A stretch of DNA of 64,000 nucleotides from Mobula hypostoma (Eukaryota). Each line of letters opens with the position of its first letter. The first letter of the stretch is position 1. Under the pieces are notes generated by a model. That model saw only the letters and a program-made list of their open reading frames with translations. It was not told the DNA's origin and did not search any database. Made by a program: the position numbers and the translations under genes. The stretch is taken from positions 124,001-188,000 of the forward strand of contig NW_026948139.1 in assembly GCF_963921235.1 (NCBI RefSeq), written 5' to 3'. Below are positions 58,565 through 64,000 of this stretch, piece after piece.

Positions 58565-58875
58565 GTTGCTCCGTTGCTGTTTCCACGCGCCGGAAGCAGT
58601 CATTCGTCGACCCGGTTGCTCCTTTGCCCCGGCTGGGCGCGACGTCCATCTTGGTAAGTGTGGCTTCAATTCGTCCCCGCCAAGGCGGCCATCTTGGGAA
58701 AGGGATACAAGAAGCGCATGCGCCTTATTTGACTACCTTCCATCTTGCAAAGGTACGACCTCGGTAAATAACATGGAAACGGCCATCTTGCTAAGGTATT
58801 GGTCGGGTGGCTGGGAAAGCGACCATCTTGGTAAAGGATACTGGGATTGTTTGGGTTCGGTTTAAAGGACTTTGC
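58535..58875. promoter_or_regulatory. Distal CpG-island promoter copy, probably bidirectional (ETS, YY1 x5, NRF1)
   Basis: ccggaag at about 58539 and 58590; ccatcttg five times; GCGCATGCGC at 58714-58723. Confidence 0.7.
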
Positions 58876-58959
58876 ACATAACAATAACTCCACCATACAG
58901 TGGACTACTAATGCAGCGTGGGCAACGCTGTGGAGCCAAACTAGTTGGAATGGGAGGAA

Positions 58960-60305
58960 AAAGAGGTTTGGAGTGCATTTGTTGACTGTAGTTAATTTGA
59001 AACTAATCAATAAGCTCCAAGACCTTCGTCTCAGTGTCTTCTAGTGCAATTGGATCCTGGATTTCCTCACGTGTAGACCCCAATCAGTTTGGATTGGCAA
59101 CGACATCTCCTCCACAATCCCCATCAGCACAGGTGCACCATGAAGCTGTGCTCGGGCCCCTGCTCTGCTTGCTTAACACTTCCGACCGCGTGGCCAATCA
59201 CAGCTCCAGTGCCATATTCAAGCTGGCTGACGACACCACTGTCAAAGGGAGTGACAAGTCAGCACTTAGGAGGGAGATTGAAAATCCAGCTGAGTGGTAT
59301 CATAACAACAACCTCTTACTCGATGTCGGCAAGACCAAGGAGCTGATTATTGACTTTGGGAGGAGGAAACCAGAGGTCAATGGTCATCGGAGGAACTTTA
59401 AATTCCCCAATATTATTACTTCGGAGGACCTGTCCTGAGCCCAGCACAAGTGGAATTACAAAGAAAGCCTGGCAGTGTCTCTACTTCCTTAGGAATTTGC
59501 AGAGATTCAGTGTGACATCTAAAACTCTGGCAGACTTCTATAGATGCTACATCACCGCCTGGTGTGGAAACGCAATGTCCTGAATGGAAGATCTAACAAA
59601 AAGTGGTGAATACAGCTCAGTCCATCACGGGTAAAGCCCTCCCAACTATTGAGCACATCTACATGGAGCGTTGTTGCAGGAAAGCAGCATCCATCATCAG
59701 GGACCCCCACCACCCAGGACACGCTCTCCTCTCACTGCTGCCATCGGGAAGAAGGTACAGGATCTCAGGACCCACACCACCAGGTTCAGGAACAGTTATT
59801 ACCCCTCAACCATCAGGAAGGAGGTACAGGAGCCTCAGGACCCACACCACTAGGTTCAGGAACAGTTATTACCCCTCAACCATCAGCAAGAAGGCACTGG
59901 AGCCTCAGGTCCCACACCACAAGGTTCAGGAATACTTATACCCTCTCAAACATAAGGAAGGAATGACAGGAACGTTAGAACCCACACCACCAGGTTCAGA
60001 AACAGTTATTACCATCAGACCTTTGAACCAGAGGGTATAACTTCACTCGCCCCCGTCACTGAACTGTTCCCACAGCCGATGGACTCACTTTCCAGGACTC
60101 TTCATCTCATGTTCTCAATATTTATTGTTTATTTCTTTATTATTATAATGATTTATTCTTGCTCTATTTGCAGAGTTTGTTGTCTTCTGCACTCTGATTC
60201 ATTGATTGTGCTATGGCTATTATTCTAAATGTTTATTGAATATACCACAAGAAAATGATTCTCAGGGCCGTACAAGTACTTAAATAATAAAGTTATTTTG
60301 AATTT
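58960..60305 (+). mobile_element. Rex/Babar-like LINE RT 3' remnant with internal 70-bp tandem duplications
   Basis: LINKLQDL, IFKLADDTTV, KTKELIIDF and PHHPGHALLSLLPSGRRYR motifs. Confidence 0.85.
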
Positions 60306-60959
60306 TGAAATTTCAGTGTCTTCCCCTGCAGCACCGAGCTGCCGAGAGAATGGCTGTCCAACACCTTTTCAATATTTGTTATGGCCAGAGCCCTGGAAAA
60401 TAAGTTAAACAAAGATCTATTATTGATGTGCTTGCAATTAATTTTAAAATATCAGGATTATACTCAGTGTGGTTATTATGTAAGAGCTCTGGAGCCTTTG
60501 GAGAGGGTGTAGAAAAGGGTTACGAGGACTTTGGAGAGGGTTTGGATGATGTTGACCAGGACTTTGGAGAGGGTGTGGAAGGGCCAGGACTTTGCCTGGG
60601 TTGGAGAGTTTAGCTGTGAAGAAAGTTTAGACAAACTTGGATCTTCTTCTCTGGGGCATCAAAAGATCACAGGTGTTGCATCAGTTATTGAGGGAGAGTG
60701 CAGAGCACAGCAGGACGCCAGCATGCAAGAAACTCGACCGGTTTATTGATAACTCTGCTTGTACAGAATGTGAACTCCTCCCATGTGGCAGTGGCTAACA
60801 GGAATATCACTATTAACTACCACTACAACAGGCATACAGTACTGTACAAAAGTCTTAGGCAAACATATATAGATAGGATGCCAAACACCTTTACACAGTA
60901 TTGCAGTAATTTTGTATATTGCATTGTATTGCTGCAGCAAAAATAACAAACTTTATGAT

Positions 60960-61515
60960 ATAGTCATAGTCATACTTTATTGATCCCGAGGGAAATTGGT
61001 TTTCGTTACAGTTGCACCATAAATAATAAATAGTAATAATACCATAAATAGTTAAATAGTAATATATAAATTATGCCAGTAAATAAGTCCAGGACCAGCC
61101 TATTGGCTCAGGGTGCCTGACCCTCCAAGGGAGGAGTTGTAAAGTTTGATGGTCACAGGCAGGAATGACTTCCTATGACGCTCTGTGCTGCATCTCGGTG
61201 GAATGAGTCTCTGGCTGAATGTACTCCTGTGCCCAACCAGTACATTATGTAGTGGATGTGAGACATTGTCCAAGATGGCATGCAACTTGGACAGTATCCT
61301 CTTTTCAAACACCACCATCAGAGAGTCCAGTTCCATCCCCACAACATCACTGGCCTTACGAATGAGTTTGTTGATTCTGTTGGTGTCTGCTACCCTCAGC
61401 CTGCTGCCCCAGCACACAACAGCAAACATGATAGCACCGGCCACCACAGACTCGTAGAACATCCTCAGCATCGTCCGACAGATGTTAAAGGACCTCAATC
61501 TCCTCAGGAAATATA
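60960..61515 (-). mobile_element. Rex1-like LINE 3' fragment with a (GACTAT)n tail
   Basis: Minus ORF LRSFNICRTMLRMFYESVVAGAIMFAVVCWG...HPLH...RKSFLPVTIKLYN. Confidence 0.88.
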
Positions 61516-61894
61516 GAGACGTGAGTGATGATAAACCTGATTCTGATATGTGTCTCTTATGTGGACTGGGAGTGGGAAGGGGGCAGGGAGAGGGGAATCA
61601 TGATTGGGAAATGGAGAATGGAGAGGGGAGGAAGTGGGAAGCACCAGAGGGACATTCTGTAATGATCAATAGGCCAATTGTTTGGAATCAAATGACCTTG
61701 CCTGGTCTCTCAGGTCTGGGTCTTTCTGCACCTGAGCTACCCCCACCCCTGGCACTTTTCTGCCACCTGTCCCACACCCCTCCCACGGTGCCCCACCCTA
61801 GCCATTCCCAACATCCTTTGCTCCCGCCACATTTACAAACTCGCTCTCCGCTTCACGTTGACAAATACACGTTTACACAGTTAACATTTGCACT

Positions 61895-62904
61895 GCTATG
61901 CTGTGAGGTAGGTTATATTAGCAGTTTTCTCTAAAAGCAAACAACAGGAATTCTGCAGATGCTGGAAATTCAAGCAACACAGATAAAAGTTGCTGGTGAA
62001 CGCAGCAGGCCAGGCAGCATCCCCAGGAAGAGGCGCAGTCGACGTTTCAGGCCGAGACCCTGATGAAGTGTCTCGGCCTGAAACGTCGACTGCGCCTCTT
62101 CCTGGGGATGCTGCCTGGCCTGCTGCGTTCACCAGCAACTTTGATGTGTGTTTCTGTAAAAGCAGTGTGTTCTGCTGGTAAGAGTGTTTCGGTTTCAGCT
62201 AAAGATAAGGAGTCACATTGTCCAACTTAGGAATGTGTGTCAGCCAATCAGGATTGTGCGATGTGAGAGAAGGTTCTAGAGGGCTGTGGGGAAGAGTTTT
62301 CTGAAGGACAGTGGTCTGGGTTTTGGGTCTTTTGGAGGGAGCTGTGGAGCAGGGAGCAAGGTTAGATGCCTCAGGATGCCATTGGAAAGAGAGCCCCCGT
62401 TGCAAGAAGTGCTTTGTGCAGATGAATGCCTCAAAGAGGAAGGACCGATACTCCTGAGAGAGAGCCAGTTTGTTTGAGATGGACTGGGAGAGAGGTTCGG
62501 AATGTGTCGGGTGCTTTCAGACAAACTGTGGGTCCAGCGCGTGAGTAAAGAGATACACCCCCGACTACTCCAGTATGATCTTCATTGGACTGGTCCAACA
62601 GAAATGGGCCCTTTTTTTTTTCTGTAACTGTTTGTTAAAGTTGAAAAGTTGGTGAATATATGGTCTTTATAATCTTATGCCAGTGTTCAATCTGTCATTT
62701 CTGAGCTATCGATAACTGTGTATGGGCGGTATTTACACAGCATTCGCTTAAATTGAGGTTCCTGTTTGGTTAAACCCCAAATCATACCGAGCCTAGACAT
62801 ATATAGTTTATGAAAGGTTGCCTTCTTACTGCTGAGTCATGTGGCTGTTAGCAGAGTTCTCCAACAAGCCAGCTCTGTATGCAAGCCCTGGCGAGAGGGT
62901 TACA
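61895..62904 (+). mobile_element. Probable 5' LTR of a Gypsy-type element (left boundary uncertain)
   Basis: Ends in gggttaca, followed 4 nt later by tgggggctcatctgaggt (62909-62926), resembling a tRNA-Pro primer-binding site, and then gag. Confidence 0.6.
61940..62150. mobile_element. Short foldback Penelope pLTR derivative with a hammerhead core at the hairpin apex
   Basis: Arms about 61976-62058 and 62070-62152; TSD tttctStaaaagca at 61926-61939 and 62151-62164. Confidence 0.85.
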
Positions 62905-63047
62905 TTTGTGGGGGCTCATCTGAGGTTGCTGTGTGAATGCTTTTTAACGATTGATTAAGCGATTTATTTGTGTGTTTAAATCAGTGTTTCAACTAGTACT
63001 TGTGAAAGTGAGGTACGTTGTAATTAAGGTACTTTATTGTGGATACC

Positions 63048-64000
63048 ATGGGGATTAAAGTTTGGTGCGATTCAAAAAGAGTATCCATAAGTAATGCTTG
63101 TGTTCTGATCGGGGTGGACGTCCGAGTTCCCAATGAACTGCTACTTAGAGTGCTGAGTTCTGTAAAGGGTTTGGGGACCATTATGCTGATTGAACGGTGT
63201 TTTGACCAATCAGCTGTTAGTGCAGGCTGGCAGTGTCATGACTGAAGTCATGCTGCCCAATAGGATAGGAGCACCTGGAGAGGCGGGGCCATGGGCAGTT
63301 CATATCTCTAGAGAAGCGGGGGGGGGATGCAGCTAAGGGTAAAGACTTTAAAGACAAGTTGTTCTCGTTTCTGCAAAGTGGGGGAAGAGAGTTGTCGGAT
63401 GTGAAAGGTCTAATGGGTCCTTCGGTGGTTGATTTAAATTCTGAGCTGGTTTCAGTAATTACGTCACTGGTTGATAAATACCGAAGTGTACCTGCGGAGA
63501 GCCGAAGTGATTGTAGGCTGGGAGTGCTCTCTGGGGTCAAGCCTACACCCAATGGGGAAGAAGAACGTGAGGCTTAGGCTCAGCAGACACCTTAGTCACT
63601 GGATGAATGGCAGAGCTCAGGTCATATGAAAATACTGAAACTGATAGAGAGTTTAAAGGGACTGGCAGCTGATAAAGGCAGAAAACCCATTGGCCACGTC
63701 AGCTAATTACTTGCAAGCTCTGGAAGATGCGGAAAGTGCAGCCGACCTGATGACGAAGTTCGAGCACACATTCCAGGAGGAAGGAGAGAAGTTGTCTGTC
63801 GACAATTTCAGGTTTGGAGAAGCTGCTGCACTGTTTGTCCCACAAGGGGGGAACTCAGCCGCCTGTGAGAAATCGTTTGAGGGTGGAGCAAGTTGTGAAG
63901 GGCACACGGTCACGTGACCTGGTTGCTCTACATATTTGAATGACCCGCAAGATGCGCCCTCCCCCATCTTTTACCGAGTTACTCAGAGAAGGTAGAGAGG
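63048..64000 (+). pseudogene. Disrupted PNMA-like gag of a Gypsy LTR retrotransposon
   Basis: WCDSKRVSISNACVL.., RLGVLSGVKPTPNGEEE, LIESLKGLAAD and FEHTFQEEGEKLS are spread over several frames with stops. Confidence 0.8.

Noticed and set aside
63039-63917. Domesticated PNMA gene
   Set aside because: Multiple stops and frameshifts, and an LTR/primer-site context, indicate a decayed retrotransposon.

Overview
Eukaryotic vertebrate DNA, very probably a cartilaginous fish (ray/shark), judged from the CR1, Rex-like, Penelope, Tc1 and minisatellite repeat content. It is GC-rich and repeat-dense, with two N gaps (13355-13625, 13694-14001). Three protein-coding genes can be read by hand. (1) A divergent FHOD-family formin on the minus strand: one confident FH1/FH2-entry exon at 12450-12942, with the remaining FH2 exons presumably left of the window. 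(2) A complete 5-exon CIDEB on the plus strand (20411-37859, 237 aa), with paired HNF4-type sites upstream. (3) A complete 10-exon NOP9 on the minus strand (43222-57428, 653 aa), convergent with CIDEB as in mammals. The most notable observations are: a tandemly duplicated NOP9 promoter plus exon 1, giving two in-phase alternative first exons; a candidate extra FHOD paralogue with little room for a GBD/FH3 N-terminus; foldback Penelope-like elements carrying minimal hammerhead ribozyme motifs; minisatellites that arose from LINE 3' ends; an apparently mobile 58-bp minisatellite lying in inverted orientation around CIDEB exon 4; nested insertions with readable target-site duplications; and a decayed Gypsy/PNMA-type LTR element at the right end. 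Most long ORFs in the track are repeat artefacts. All family assignments come from recalled sequence knowledge, not from database searches.
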